Made by a program: the position numbers and the translations under genes
The notes under the pieces: generated by a model
Told to the model about the DNA's origin: nothing
Databases searched by the model: none
The model's input: the letters and a program-made list of their open reading frames with translations, nothing else
In this document: positions 52,290-64,000 of the stretch, piece after piece
Layout: the number at the start of each line of letters is the position of its first letter
How positions within the stretch are numbered: the stretch's first letter is position 1
Source of the DNA: Hydrolagus colliei
Lineage: Eukaryota
NCBI GenBank assembly: GCA_035084275.1
Contig: CM068746.1
Span: 2,170,001 to 2,234,000, forward strand
DNA: 64,000 bases
Reading direction: 5' to 3'

Positions 52290-52833
52290 CCCACAAAAAT
52301 ACAGTCAAAATCACAATATATTCTGTGAAGCGCTTTGAGATGCCCAGAAGATGATATATTGATGGAGATGAAGGGATGTGAAGGAGTTGCAATTAGTGTG
52401 AGTTCCACGTTAGTGTTAAATAGATCAATCAGACGAAAACTTCCTTGGAATAGTCAATGTGGTTGCCACAAATCTGTCATTTAACCAGTGTTTGACAGAT
52501 ATTATAAAACACCAACTTGTACCTTTCATGTAGGGTATCCAGATTTAAAATAGTTTCAAGGTGAAGTAGAGGGGAGCTGAGGAGAAATTTTTTCACTCAG
52601 CGAGTTGTTCGAATCTGGAATGCATTGCCTGAAAAGCTGGTGGAGGCTGATTCGATAACAACTTTTAAAAGGGAATTAGATGTTTATTTAGGGAGAACAG
52701 GTCTATTAGGCTATGGGGAGCGGGCAGGGCAGTGGGATTGAATCGCTCTTTTCAAAGAGCCGGCACAGACTAGATGGGCCGAATGGCCTCCTTTTGTGCC
52801 GTAAAATTCTATGAATCTATGAATCTATGAATC
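52290..52833 (+). repeat. 544-bp duplicate of 60117-60660 (SINE piece, unique DNA, CR1 3' end)
   Basis: Ungapped match at offset 7827 with about 9 substitutions counted by eye. Confidence 0.95.
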
Positions 52834-53669
52834 TTTGAAAAGCTTAATGAAAATTGGCACTCAACTTGCCAAACCACACAATTTCCCCACTCCCATGTTG
52901 TATAGTGGGAAGAAACCAACATATTTATCCATGTAATTCGGTCACAAAGGCAACATTGAATGAAAAATTAAAGGATAAAATGATTGTTGAAACTATTGTG
53001 GATTTCACCCCACCACTGTCTCATGGCAGAAATGGCTATAGACACTTCCTAGAATCGCGGAGGTGATCACATTTGTAGAACATCCCTCCACCTTCACCAC
53101 GCTATCCTGCTCTACTTCCCTCTGAAACAACCTTCCCTCACCCCCAAAACCCCAGCAACGTGGAAACGCCGTGCCTCGTGTTGGTTCCCTTGCGGAGAGA
53201 AACAAAATGATATCTTGCAAGTTCTCTACCAAGATGTAAAAAAAACACGCCAGCCTTAATGTGAAACAATACAAGTTTAATTAAATGTTGACATTTGTGA
53301 ATTCACCCAAAATGATCTGACTTCAATTTGATTCATTGCTCATCCATGTTCTATTATGAACAAGATTAGCATCTGGATAGCTTCAACCACAGAGTTTTTT
53401 CCTTATTAACCCCTTCCTTTTCTTTTTTTACACACAATCTTAGCATAATATTAACGCTCAAATCCCTTAATGGCCTCGCCTTTTTAAAGCCAGGTTAAGA
53501 GCTATCTTTCGGTACATATTTTCCCCCTCCCACCTAGCCCCCCTCTCACCGCTCCAACTACAACAACTTCAAGCTCCCTCCCACAGATGGGGGCTACAAG
53601 TCAGCTTGGGAAGCAATTTGAGACACCTTATTAAACACTGCACTCATTGTAAATTGTTGTTGTTGTTGT

Positions 53670-54595
53670 TTTCATTCTCACTTTTAAATCCCTCCATCGC
53701 CCTGCCCAGCCTCTGTGACCTTCTAGAGTCCCACCAACCCACTCCCTCCCTCTGCTTGGCAGACAGTGGCTCGCTTCATATCTTCCGCCTTTGCTCACCC
53801 CATTGTCAGCAGTTATGCCTGAACAACAACAACAACAATGACAACAACTTGCATTTATATATAATGCCCTCCATGCCAGACAGTGTTTCAGACCACTTCA
53901 CAATAGTGGAGCCCAAGTCAGAGCCTGGGGGGAGGGGAAAGGTGACCGTAGGCGCAGTATTGAGCAGAAACATCTTCTGGCACGACCTGAAAATGGACAA
54001 GGAGAAGGGGGGTGAAGGCGAAGTTGATTGAGGAAGGGACTTGTAGAGTTTCGGAGGCCGCCGCTGGTGGAGCGGACAAGGAGGACAAGGAGGAGGCCAG
54101 TCCCAGGAGCGGGTACTGCTGTGAGGAGAGAGCAGGTAAGGGAGGTAGGGAAGATGCAGTGGAGTGGAGGGAATTAAACAGGAGAATGAGGATCTTGAAG
54201 TCAATCCATTCTGTGACAAGGAGGCAGCGAAGTCTGGCGAGGACTGGGGTAATCGGGGAGCCAAGTTTGGTTTGGGTGAGAATGTGGGCGTCGGAGTTCT
54301 GCATGATCCGAATTTTACAAACGGTGGAGGAGGGCAGACCTATGAGGCCTACAGCCTTTCTGCCTCCACCCTCTGGAATGCTATCCCAGAGTCCCTGATG
54401 CTTGTCTTACTCAAGGTCATTCTCAAGATGTTCTTATTTAACGTGCTTAAATTTATCTTCTAACCACTAACCCCTCTTCACCTCACTTCTACCGACTCCA
54501 GCCCCCAGCTCGGGCGTTGCACCCTCGACTGTCCACCTTCCTAATGTAAAAGGTGCGATTTGAATGCAATTTATTATTGTGAGTTATTTTGTTGT
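53670..54595. mobile_element. Cluster of L2 fragments (minus 53820-54340; plus 53670-53815 and 54345-54595)
   Basis: ORF 53918-54304(-) contains QNSDAHILT..ITPVLARL..IDFKILIL; separate L2 tails. Confidence 0.78.
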
Positions 54596-55483
54596 ATTCA
54601 TTTTTAATTTGGCTCCTTTGTAGTCTATCCGGTTCCCCTGCCGGGAAAGCAAATCTTTGATTAGCTTTCTGTTGAGTGTTGCTTTGTTTGTGTAACATGG
54701 CGGAAATGAATGAACTTCAGCGTCAGTGGCGCTGGGCTACATCGTTTCCCGAATGTCATGAATAACTCGAGAAACTTCAATTTTATCTTCATGAATCTTC
54801 CCGGGTGCGTTTGTCATGCTAATAGGTTTAGATTATTCACCGATGCTAATTGCAAGCCATTTGCAGGGGGAATTTCATTTGGTGAGAAAATCCTCTTTCC
54901 TTTGTAAAGTTGAAACAGACTGGCTGATTGTGAAATTTTGACAGTGTATTCATTGCACTATTACTCGTAACATATTGATCAATTAAACTGTTAACCTTAA
55001 TTTGTATGTAGCAATTAGTTTGTTTAGAAAAAAATGTTTTCCATATACCAATATTGTTAATCACTCAAATGTAGTAGTGTTGTTTTATTATGTTTTGCTT
55101 CTGCCATTTAATTTGACTGAATAAGTCTATTTAATGTCACATACTGCTCAAAATAAATACCTCAGCTTCAAACCAATGCATTTAACATTCTGAATGATTC
55201 CAATATGTGACTGCCGTAGGCCCTTCGAGCAATTGGCAGTTCTTCACGCATTGGCAGTATCAAACTCTTCCCTATCGAATCTCCTTTCATAACATAAACA
55301 ATCCTTGCCTTTCACGTCAGGAGGATGTTTCAGGTTGCTTCACATGGTTTACTGTGCCATCCTTTCAACGCTGTGTTAAACCGAGGTCCAATCTGTCTGT
55401 ACAGTGGATGTTAAGGCCATTCATGGCCTTGCCCCCTTCCTATCTCTCCAATCTGCTGTCCTCCTATGAACCTCCGTTCAACA

Positions 55484-55730
55484 GGTTACAGCTCGATAGT
55501 CCAAAGGTTCGTTAGTCTGAAAGGTTCATTAGTCCGAAGGTTTGTTAGACCGAAGCTTCCCCAAACCCTAACCCTAACCCTAAACCTAACCCTAAGCATG
55601 GAAATGTTCGGATTAACAAACCTTATTTCATAGTTGGTTTGGACTATCGAGCAGTAACCACGGTAACTGCCCCGGGTATAGGAAATTTGTGTGTTTGGAC
55701 TATCAAACCTTCGGACTATCGTGTGTCCCC
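55484..55730. mobile_element. Short foldback / MULE-like non-autonomous DNA transposon with internal (CCCTAA)n
   Basis: Both ends are built from inverted ~15-nt repeats (GGTTCGTTAGTCCGAA-like). GG...CC termini, candidate 9-bp TSD CGTTCAACA/CGTTCAGTA, splits an L2 fragment. Confidence 0.65.
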
Positions 55731-56516
55731 CGTTCAGTAGGCTCTGGTCTGCTTCATGCCCCCCGCCCTACCTTCGGTGGCTGGGCTTTCAGCCTCTCTG
55801 CCCCCACACTCTGGAACTCCATCCCACAGTCAACCATTGTCTTAGTAATATAGATTTGGGGGTAATCTTATGTAATTACCTGTCTATAGGATGTAATTTC
55901 GATGCAATGTAATACTTTCCTCTCTGTTGCTATCAGTCATTTTCAGATCAGCTGTAATATAACCAGCACAGAACAAATCTATATCTTCTTTGTCCCAACT
56001 AAAATCATAACTTGAAGAAGTTAATTCACTTTAAAAAATTCTTCATAATAGTTCTACTTTTTGGTGCGCTGATTAATTCAGTGAAATTAATTAATTTCTA
56101 AAATTAAATATAAAGAGCCCATTCTTTCAATAGTGATGTGGATTTCCGGGATGTAGTGATTAGTATATAGTATTAAAAAGACTAAAGAGTATCAAAATAT
56201 TCAAATTTTTTATTTACATATTAATAATTATAGCTTATATCAAATGAAAGTTGCTTTATCCAGCACATTTCACAATTCTAATTGTTAAACTGACTTCTTT
56301 AATTAACAATTCCGTTTCTTGTATAATAAAGATCCTTAAATATGTTGATCATACTTTAATTATTTCCGATATAGCATTTCAAAGACATTAATATCCCATC
56401 GTTTGCATCTCACTATTACTTATAGTTACATACTTGTAAATCTGTGAAAGTTTTAATGTAAAATAACATGGAATGGAATAATATGCCTTCAAAAACATTT
56501 TATTTTATTGTCTTCA

Positions 56517-56842
56517 TAATAATAATAATAATCCTTGCATTTGATATAGCGCTTTTCACATTTTATTGACGTCTCAAAGCGCTTCACAGAATATACTGTA
56601 AAGTGTATTGACTGTAGATTTTGTGGGCAGAACGCAACAGCCAATTGCATACAGCAGTGTCCCACAAACAATCTTGGGTTGAAATGACCAATTTTATTAT
56701 TGTGGTCTTTTTTTGAATGGATTATTATTAGGAGTGTGCGTGCGGAGTAAGGAAACCTGCCCAAGGTTTGGCCCTGACCTGCCTGGATTCGAACACAGCT
56801 TGTAAGGCGAGCGCTCTAAGCACTGAGCTACAGGAGCTCCAC
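56517..56842 (-). mobile_element. Young full-length tRNA/Deu SINE
   Basis: Reverse complement of the family, beginning GTGGAGCTCCTGTAGCTCAG. Confidence 0.93.
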
Positions 56843-59689
56843 GTTGGGGGTTCTACTGCTACTAGAATTTAACCAACAAAAACCCAACAAAGTCTGCCAT
56901 TGAGAGCAGATTTCCTGCGGCTTGTGCTGAGACTGGCCGACCAAGATCCACCGTACGGTTGACTCAATTCTGACATTCCGTTGCCAAATACCTTGGAGCC
57001 AGCTCAGCTCTAAGGAAACCCCACTAAACTCTCCCCAAGGAAGGGCAGTTGATTAACTTCTATGAGTTGCGATGTTTCGATGCTCATTTAATTTGGATTC
57101 AGCTAACGACAGTGTTACTGATCCCATAGACAGCTCCAAACCAAAACAGAAAACTAAAGCTATCGATACACCGACAGGTCAGAGAATAAGACTTGATTTA
57201 ATCCTCAAAAATTACGATTCTCTAATTATCGGAGTATTTTAGGCAAAAAGTAGATTATCTTTTTAATTGATGATTAATCTCTTAATCCTTTAACGGGTCA
57301 AATTGCACAGCAATTTTTTAATTCCACATTTGAGATTTAGAAGTTAGAAGAAATTGCTTTATTGACTATGCAACCCACGGATCCTGTGGCTAAAGAAGAA
57401 ATTGGCGACAATCAATATGGACCTTTCGTATCATTCAGTTGCTAAGATAAGACTTTTCACCTAAGGGATGAATAATGACTTTCAATGAAGCATTAGGCAT
57501 TTAAATGTATCTTTAGAAGGCTTGCAACCTTGACATAGTTATTTAAGAACAATTAATAATCAGAAAAGCACACGTACCATTTGCATATTCTGCACAAAAC
57601 TTTTTAAGTGCAAAATTGAAAGGGAATAAGGGTATCTTCTGTGCATCTCGCTGGTCAACGAGTCGGCGACTAGAAAAGAGAATTCAGTAGAAGACAATAG
57701 GGGAAGTTTTGAAGATTTATTTAGCAAGGGTCCATAACATCAGATAAAGAGGCATTTCATAACCAATTGAAAAATAATACTAAAGGATGAGACAGAATTA
57801 ATGTAGACATTATGTGCTGAGTGACATGTTTCTGTGCTGTGAACATCTATGCTACATTGGCACGTTAAACAACAGGAACAGAGGCAAACTTTGCTACATT
57901 AACAATGAGAACTCTGAACTCTAAAGCAAATCTAGAAACACTTGAGTGAAGCACTTACTGAGAAATTTACAAAATATCGTGGCAGTAGTGTGGGAAAAAA
58001 ACAACAAAAATACACAAAGTACTGACGTAAAATCAGACCTGTGAAGTACTTCTAGACTTTGAGGTGAGGTAAGGTGCTATATCAAATGCAAACATTATTA
58101 TTGTGTTATTGTTTGTTGTTTTGCTAATTAAGTGAGGATCAATATATCTTTTGCATTACAAACGCAATATCCTGTATCATATAAACCTAAAATGATCGCG
58201 AGAGAGTTTCAGATGAAGAAAGTCAATAATAACCTAACCAGATTTGTTCTGCTCTCGTTTCCGTGCATTCCTGCAAAAAAATGAATGAATGAATGAATCT
58301 GCCAGCCTTCCAGAACACTGCATCAGTCACAGTTTGAATCCGCGTGAAGATGATATCTTTGACCACTGGCGTTGAATTCAAATCCCGTTGCCTAGAGAGA
58401 TCTAATGGACAAATAAATTAACGACTCCTGTACCTTGGGCAGTCACAGGTAAAGAATTAGACTCGCTGTGAAACCCTTCGTACTTGGAGCCAACATTTCA
58501 CAAATCTCCGTCATTACTCCATCAGAGTATGTGCTGTAGCTTCATTAAAGCCAAAGTCACCCAATGCTTTTATGACTTGTACAGACAAGGCATTTTACAC
58601 AGAGTGTTCCCCTTACAAAGGTGCATTTTCAAATTATTTTATGTTCCTTCTCAGACAAAATAAATAACCTCAGAGGCAATTTTTGGTAGTTGCTGCATTG
58701 AGTAAAGTCCCCTTGAAGTATTTAAACCTGTTTACATAGGTTACTCAAAGGCCTGGTGTGATACGGGTAGTGTGTCATTGGGACCATAAAGAAAATTCAA
58801 TAAAACATTTTAATCCACGTCAAATTCAACCTTTATTTTCTTAGCGTCGCAGAACATCCAGAAGGTGGTAAATTCTTAAATACAATCTTAATTTTAAAGC
58901 CATTTTCCTGAAAGTTACTTAAAAAAGAAAATTTGACCTCCAGAATAAATCCTGAGAACGTTCTCGGGACATCTCAAAGATTTGTTAGGATGATTTAATA
59001 ATTGTAATAATAATAATCCTTGCCTTTGAAAAATCACTTATCATCTCAAAGCACCTCACAGGGTATACTGTAAAGTAGATTGACTGTATAATTGTGGGTT
59101 AAATGCAGCTGAATTTTGCCTCTGGGGGTGGTGTGTGTGGAGGGAGGGGTGGGGGGTGGGGGGATGAGGTGGGAGGGGGTGACGAGGACGGGAAAGGTGG
59201 CAAGGGGCAAGATCCTAAGGGGTACATTTTGAGACGTTCCTCGAAAGAGGCGAGGCATTAAAGCAAGTTAGGAGTTGTTGAATTCTAGTTGTCGAAACTT
59301 CATGGCCACAAACGTCGTTCGTATTTTTCACGGCAACATTTAAACGGGCTTTCGAAGAGAACTTTTGAAAAAAAAGAATAATCTTCTTGATGATATGTCT
59401 TTGCCTCCTTTAACTTTCGCCATTTAAGGCAACGCGTGGCACAGAATCTCGTAGGATTTCATCGTGCAGAGTTTTATCCCCAAAGCTGTCTTGAGGGATT
59501 AAACCAGCATACTTATTATAGTCTCACAAGATTTAGCTACAAATAAAGATTGATAGCTCACTGATGTACATGTTGGTTTCCACCTAGAAGATAAATGTAC
59601 ATTGTTTCCAAGGTAATTTTTCATAGAATTTAGGTGTTACAAGGTAATGTGAATCACTAATGTAGCATTTCTGACAGCAACTGTGTATT

Positions 59690-59906
59690 CAAAAACACAA
59701 AATACTGTACGGCAGATGCTGGAAATCTGAAACCAATACAGGAATCGCTGGGAACACTCAGCGGGTCAGGCAGCATCTATGGAGAAAGGAAGAGCGAATC
59801 AACGTTTTGGGTCCACCGCCCTGCCCTTCGTTAGAACACAGCGACTCACTTTTCCTCTCTCCATAGACCTGCCGAGCGTTCCCAGCAATTTCTGTGTTGG
59901 TTTCAG
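59690..59906 (-). mobile_element. Penelope-like insertion: pseudo-LTR (minus) plus inverted partial copy
   Basis: 59690-59837 is antisense to 4852-4993 and 59840-59906 is a sense partial copy. Flanking 15-bp direct repeat CAGCAACT(G/T)TGTATT (59675-59689 and 59904-59918). Confidence 0.75.
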
Positions 59907-60059
59907 CAACTTTGTATTAGTAGATTAAAATGATTCATTTAAAAACAAAATTAAAGGCATGAATTTGTGTTCCCTGGATGCCAAATGTACGGAGATTAGG
60001 TAAGAAATTGTGATATGTAATTGACCGTGTGGTTTGAAATGTTTTGTTCAAAGGCAATA

Positions 60060-60180
60060 CTTCAATCCACAACTGTTTGTGGGACACCGCTGCGCGCAAT
60101 TGGCTGCCACATTTCACCCACAAAAATACAGTCAAAATCACAATATATTCTGTGAAGCGCTTTGAGTTGCCCAGAAGATG
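60060..60180 (+). mobile_element. SINE 3' fragment
   Basis: 'ttcaatccacaactgtttgtgggacaccgctgcgcgcaattggctgcc...gaagcgctttgag'. Confidence 0.8.
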
Positions 60181-60366
60181 ATATATTGATGGAGATGAAG
60201 GGATGTGAAGGAGTTACAATTAGTGTGAGTTCCACGTTAGTGTTAAATAGATCAATCAGACGAAAACTTCCTTGGAATAGTCAATGTGGTTGCCACAAAT
60301 CTGTCATTTAACCAGTGTTTGACAGATATTATAAAACACCAACTTGTACCTTTCATGTAGGGTATC

Positions 60367-60660
60367 CAGATTTAAAATAGTTTCAAGGCGCAGTAGAGGG
60401 GAGCTGAGGAGAAATTTTTTCACTCAGCGAGTTGTTCGAATCTGGAATGCATTGCCTGAAAAGGTGGTGGAGGCTGATTCGATAACAACTTTCAAAAGGG
60501 AATTAGATCTTTATTTAGGGAGAACAGGTCTATTAGGCTATGGGGAGCGGGCAGGGCAGTGGGATTGAATCGCTCTTTTCAAAGAGTCGGCACAGACTAG
60601 ATGGGCCGAATGGCCTCCTTTTGTGCCGTAAAATTCTATGAATCTATGAATCCATGAATC
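60367..60660 (+). mobile_element. CR1 3' end, heavily 5'-truncated, with (ATCTATGA)n tail
   Basis: Encodes RFKIVSRRSRGELRRNFFTQRVVRIWNALPEKVVEA. Confidence 0.95.
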
Positions 60661-61477
60661 CAGGGGCTCTTAAATATTATGAGATCATACAGTAGTTCAG
60701 TATGTTACATTTGTTCTCCCATATTCATCGCTTAATTGTCTCCCTTCTGCTCCACAAGCCAGCGATTTGGGCTTGGATCCATTCTCGAGGCACCGCTGAC
60801 CAGTTCCACAAATGTGCCAGAGACTGTTTCTTCATGAGAGAGCGTGGACGGTGAATGTCAGCTATGGCGTTCAACAACACGTTGCTTCCTCACCAGCTCT
60901 GATGAGTAAAACACACTGTCGCTTCCTGAAATAAAAAAAGCTTACAGACCATACGTTTCACAGCTGTTTCATCACTTTGGTCATAATTCGAGCCATGCTT
61001 TCAAACTACCTCCCTGAGCAGGCTGAGCTCTAGCTACAGGCAAACCACCCTCCCCACTCACCTCCCACCCCAGGTCTCCTCGGAACAGTAGCTATGGTTG
61101 GTGGTGAAGGTGCGGACGGAGGATGGGGGAGTGGGGGGGAGAGGGATGTGGAGGCATCAACCCAGTTTGTCTGACTGGGATTCCCTCCTATGGATACAGA
61201 GGCACAAAGATTTTGTTCTTACAGTAATTAGCTGCTGGTTTTGGGGATCCTGTCATCATCATTACAGCTCACAGCCAATTCAAATCCAGAATGAGTGAAA
61301 CGTATGGGAATAAAAAATGTCAACCAAGCGATAGGTGTTCATTGGCTGTTGGTGAGTGACTGGTTTACCAGTAAGATTGCCTGAAGCAACTCTGAGCAAC
61401 ACTATCAGTAAGTCCTGTTACGAACCGTCATTCTTAGACCCAGTCGATCCTTGAAATTTCCACTGCTGCACTTCTCA

Positions 61478-61558
61478 CCCCCACCCCAAACCCCCCACCC
61501 TCAACCCCCACCCTCAACCCCCACCCTCAACCCCCACCCTCAACCCCCACCCCCCCAC
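61478..61558. repeat. 13-mer minisatellite (CCCCCACCCTCAA)n
   Basis: Direct reading. Confidence 0.9.
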
Positions 61559-62032
61559 TCCCATCTTGACATGATTGTCATTTTCCCCTATTTCCTAGGA
61601 AGAACCATCTTATTTTTATTCATGCGTGAATATCGCTAGTGAACGCTGGAGTGTCTCGAGGATTGCTGGATAGGGAATCAGCAGGCGTGGCAACCTCTAT
61701 GTGAATTTAAACACACAGCCAGTTATTGCCGTGCCCTCTTTCCTTCTGCCAACTCGGGCTGAGATTCACCTGAATTCAGAACTGATCAGGAATTCATTCT
61801 GGGCACATTCTGTTCTGGGGCATTCGGTGATGCGCTGGGTACATTTAATGAGCCACCAGGAAATTATTACTGACTGGTTTCATGAAAGGAGTCAGTCTGT
61901 GTCCCACTATATTAGGCTGATCACAGCTTGAGCTGCACCGTTGTGATCCTGAAGGTGTGAGACAAAAATGCAGCATTGGATGCTGTCGGTAACATTACAG
62001 GTACAACGTCAATCAATCCTGTGTGGCTTCTG

Positions 62033-62114
62033 GGGTGGGTGGGTGGTTGGGTGGTTGGGTGGTTGGGTGGTTGGGTGGCTGGGTGGGTGGGTGGTTGGGT
62101 GGCTGGGTGGGTGG
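62033..62114. repeat. (GGGT/GGTT)n microsatellite
   Basis: Direct reading. Confidence 0.9.
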
Positions 62115-62174
62115 ATTATTTCACCCTACACAGCTACTGCTAACAATCGTCTTTGTATTTCATTGTATTTCTGT

Positions 62175-62580
62175 ATCCCTGAGAGGATGGACTTCAAGAT
62201 CCTCACCCTTGGTTTCACTCCTCTGCAACCCCCGACCTCTCTGATCTCCTCTCTCCCCCAAACCAACACCCGCTGCCTTTGCTCCTCTGGGTCTGGCCTC
62301 CTCCATGTCCCCCCGAATCCTCCGCTCCACCCTCGGCGGCCGTGCCTTCAGCCACCGCGCCCCGAGGCTCTGGAACTCCTTTCCTCACTCCCTTCGCCTC
62401 GCCCCCTCTCTTCCCAGTTTTAGGTTTGCAGCTAAAGATCTTTCTCTTCGACCGCGCCTTTGGTCATCTTTCTACCCCCTGCCCCTGGCTCGGTCCCGGG
62501 ATCCGTTACTGTGAAGCGCTCTGAGACGCTGTCCGGCATGGAGGGCGATATATAAATCAAAGTCGCTGTTGTTGTTGTTG
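62175..62580 (+). mobile_element. L2 LINE 3' fragment (second subfamily)
   Basis: Encodes RMDFKILTL and LRSTLGGRAFSHRAPRLWNS; (TTG)n tail. Confidence 0.87.
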
Positions 62581-62995
62581 GTTTGCTGATCAGTGGTGAT
62601 GCAGTTTCATTTTCCCCTCATTTTTGTCAATGGTATTTATGTTAATTTCAATATTTCAGTGAAAAAAAAGCAGATTGTTTGTTGGTTGTTTCAAGTAAAG
62701 TGAACTGAGGATTCAATGGTAACTTAGCTCTTTAGTACTTGTATGGCTATAGTGAAAACTACTGCTTTGTTTTGGAGGTTCAAGCTACTTAACCTAGAGA
62801 TCACTAGGTTCCAATAGGATATTAAATCTCACCAGAGTCTTGTGAGCTCAAGCTTCACATCAGGATTTTGATCTCACAGTCCAGGCTGACAGTCCAGTAC
62901 GCTGTTGGGGTGGGGTGTATGGATGGAGGTGCCAATTCTTCAGTTGAGATTTTTCACTGACGTTGCATCAGGTGAATGTGACTCCACTTGAAAAG

Positions 62996-63828
62996 CAAAC
63001 AACAACAACAATTTACATTTATATAGCGCCTTTCACGTCGGGAGGACGTCCCAAGGCGCTGCACATGAGGCGTGTGACCCGAGCTGGGAGGGTAGTGTTT
63101 GGGAAGGGGTGAAACAAGAAGGGGAGGTAAAAGAGTTCGGGGTGGAACAAAAGGCACGATCGAAGAGGAAAGTCTTCAAACCAGCCTTGAAAGAGGAAAG
63201 AGAAGAGACGAAACGGAGGGATTGAGGGATGGCATTCCATAAGGTGGGAGCGGAGAAACTGAAGGCCCGGCCTCCGATGGTGGGGCGGTTCGGGCGGGGG
63301 GCTTGGAGCAGGCCAAGTCCTGTTGAACGGAGGGTCCGGGTGGGCGTGTAATCGTGTGGGAGAGTAGATCAGTTAAGTAGGATGGGGCAAGGCCGTGTAA
63401 GGCCTTGTAGGTGAGGACGAGGATCTTAAACTCAATCCTCTGGAGGATGGGGAGCCAGTGGAGACGGGCGAGGGTGGGGGTTATGTGGTCGCGGAGGCGG
63501 GTGCGGGATAGTACACGGGCTGCAGAGTTTTGGATGGTCTGCAGCCTATGAATGGAGGAACTGGGGAGGCCGACTAGGAGAGAATTTCCGTAGTCCAGCC
63601 TCGAGGTGATGTATGCGTGCACGAGTGTTTCGGCAGTGCGGGGGGTAAGATAGTTGCGGAGCCTGGCAATGTTGCGCAGATGGAAATAGGCGGTGCCGGT
63701 CAAGGCCCGGATGTGGGGGAGGAAGGAAAGTTTTTGATCGAACATGATGCCGAGGTTCCTGATTGGCTTTGTGAGGTGGAGAGTGCAGCCTTGGATATTG
63801 AGGCTGGCAGCGCCCGATGTGCGGAGGC
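62996..63828 (-). mobile_element. Young L2 LINE, 5'-truncated, close paralog of 45396-46260
   Basis: ORF 63176-63745(-) is near-identical in translation; small frameshifting insertion near 63350. Confidence 0.95.
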
Positions 63829-64000
63829 AAAGCTACATTCTCTCAGTTTCCTGGCTGACAAACCCACAAATAAAAGAAAATAATTGGTCACTGGCTTTTC
63901 GGTTATTTGCGGGGCATTGCTGTGCGAAAAACGGCTGCCATTTTCACCTGCGAAATACCGAGTCACTACAGTTCACAATAAAACCTTGTGAAGCACTCTG

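Noticed and set aside
51078-52354. RT ORFs as a functional or domesticated gene, retron or similar system
   Set aside because: Ordinary CR1 ORF2 lacking the endonuclease domain, with a frameshift and a disrupted C-terminus
53820-54595. Twin-priming L2 inversion
   Set aside because: Each oppositely oriented piece has its own 3' tail, so they are independent insertions
55559-55595. True telomere or chromosome-fusion relic
   Set aside because: Only about 6 imperfect units in one orientation, inside a transposon-like element
320-63966. Remaining 60-130 aa ORFs in the six-frame track
   Set aside because: No recognisable domains; lengths expected by chance or derived from repeats

Overview
This is AT-rich eukaryotic (vertebrate) non-coding DNA. 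The repeat content (CR1 and L2 LINEs, tRNA/Deu-domain SINEs with L2-type tails, shark-type Penelope LTR fragments) points to a cartilaginous fish, probably a chimaera such as Callorhinchus; this is an inference. I can identify no host protein-coding exon. The only recognisable coding sequence is dead, 5'-truncated LINE reverse transcriptase (CR1 at about 11.6, 18 and 51-52 kb; L2 at about 45 and 63 kb). The long ORFs at 16.5-18 kb are artefacts of a G-rich minisatellite. Repeat-free, TAAT/TGACA-rich blocks between the elements resemble conserved enhancers of a gene desert or large intron. I found no new protein-coding system. The most interesting structures are: (1) a CR1 copy that captured about 250 bp of flank from a second CR1 locus 7.8 kb away, giving a 544-bp gap-free duplication; (2) a hAT-type element with a perfect 8-bp TSD carrying an ~850-bp G-quadruplex-prone minisatellite, nested in a SINE-head/CR1 chimera; (3) Penelope-type insertions with TSDs and a minimal hammerhead ribozyme core; (4) a MULE-like foldback element carrying telomere-type repeats; (5) perfect hairpins inside decayed CR1 remnants. 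Coordinates were read by eye, and boundaries of old repeats are approximate.
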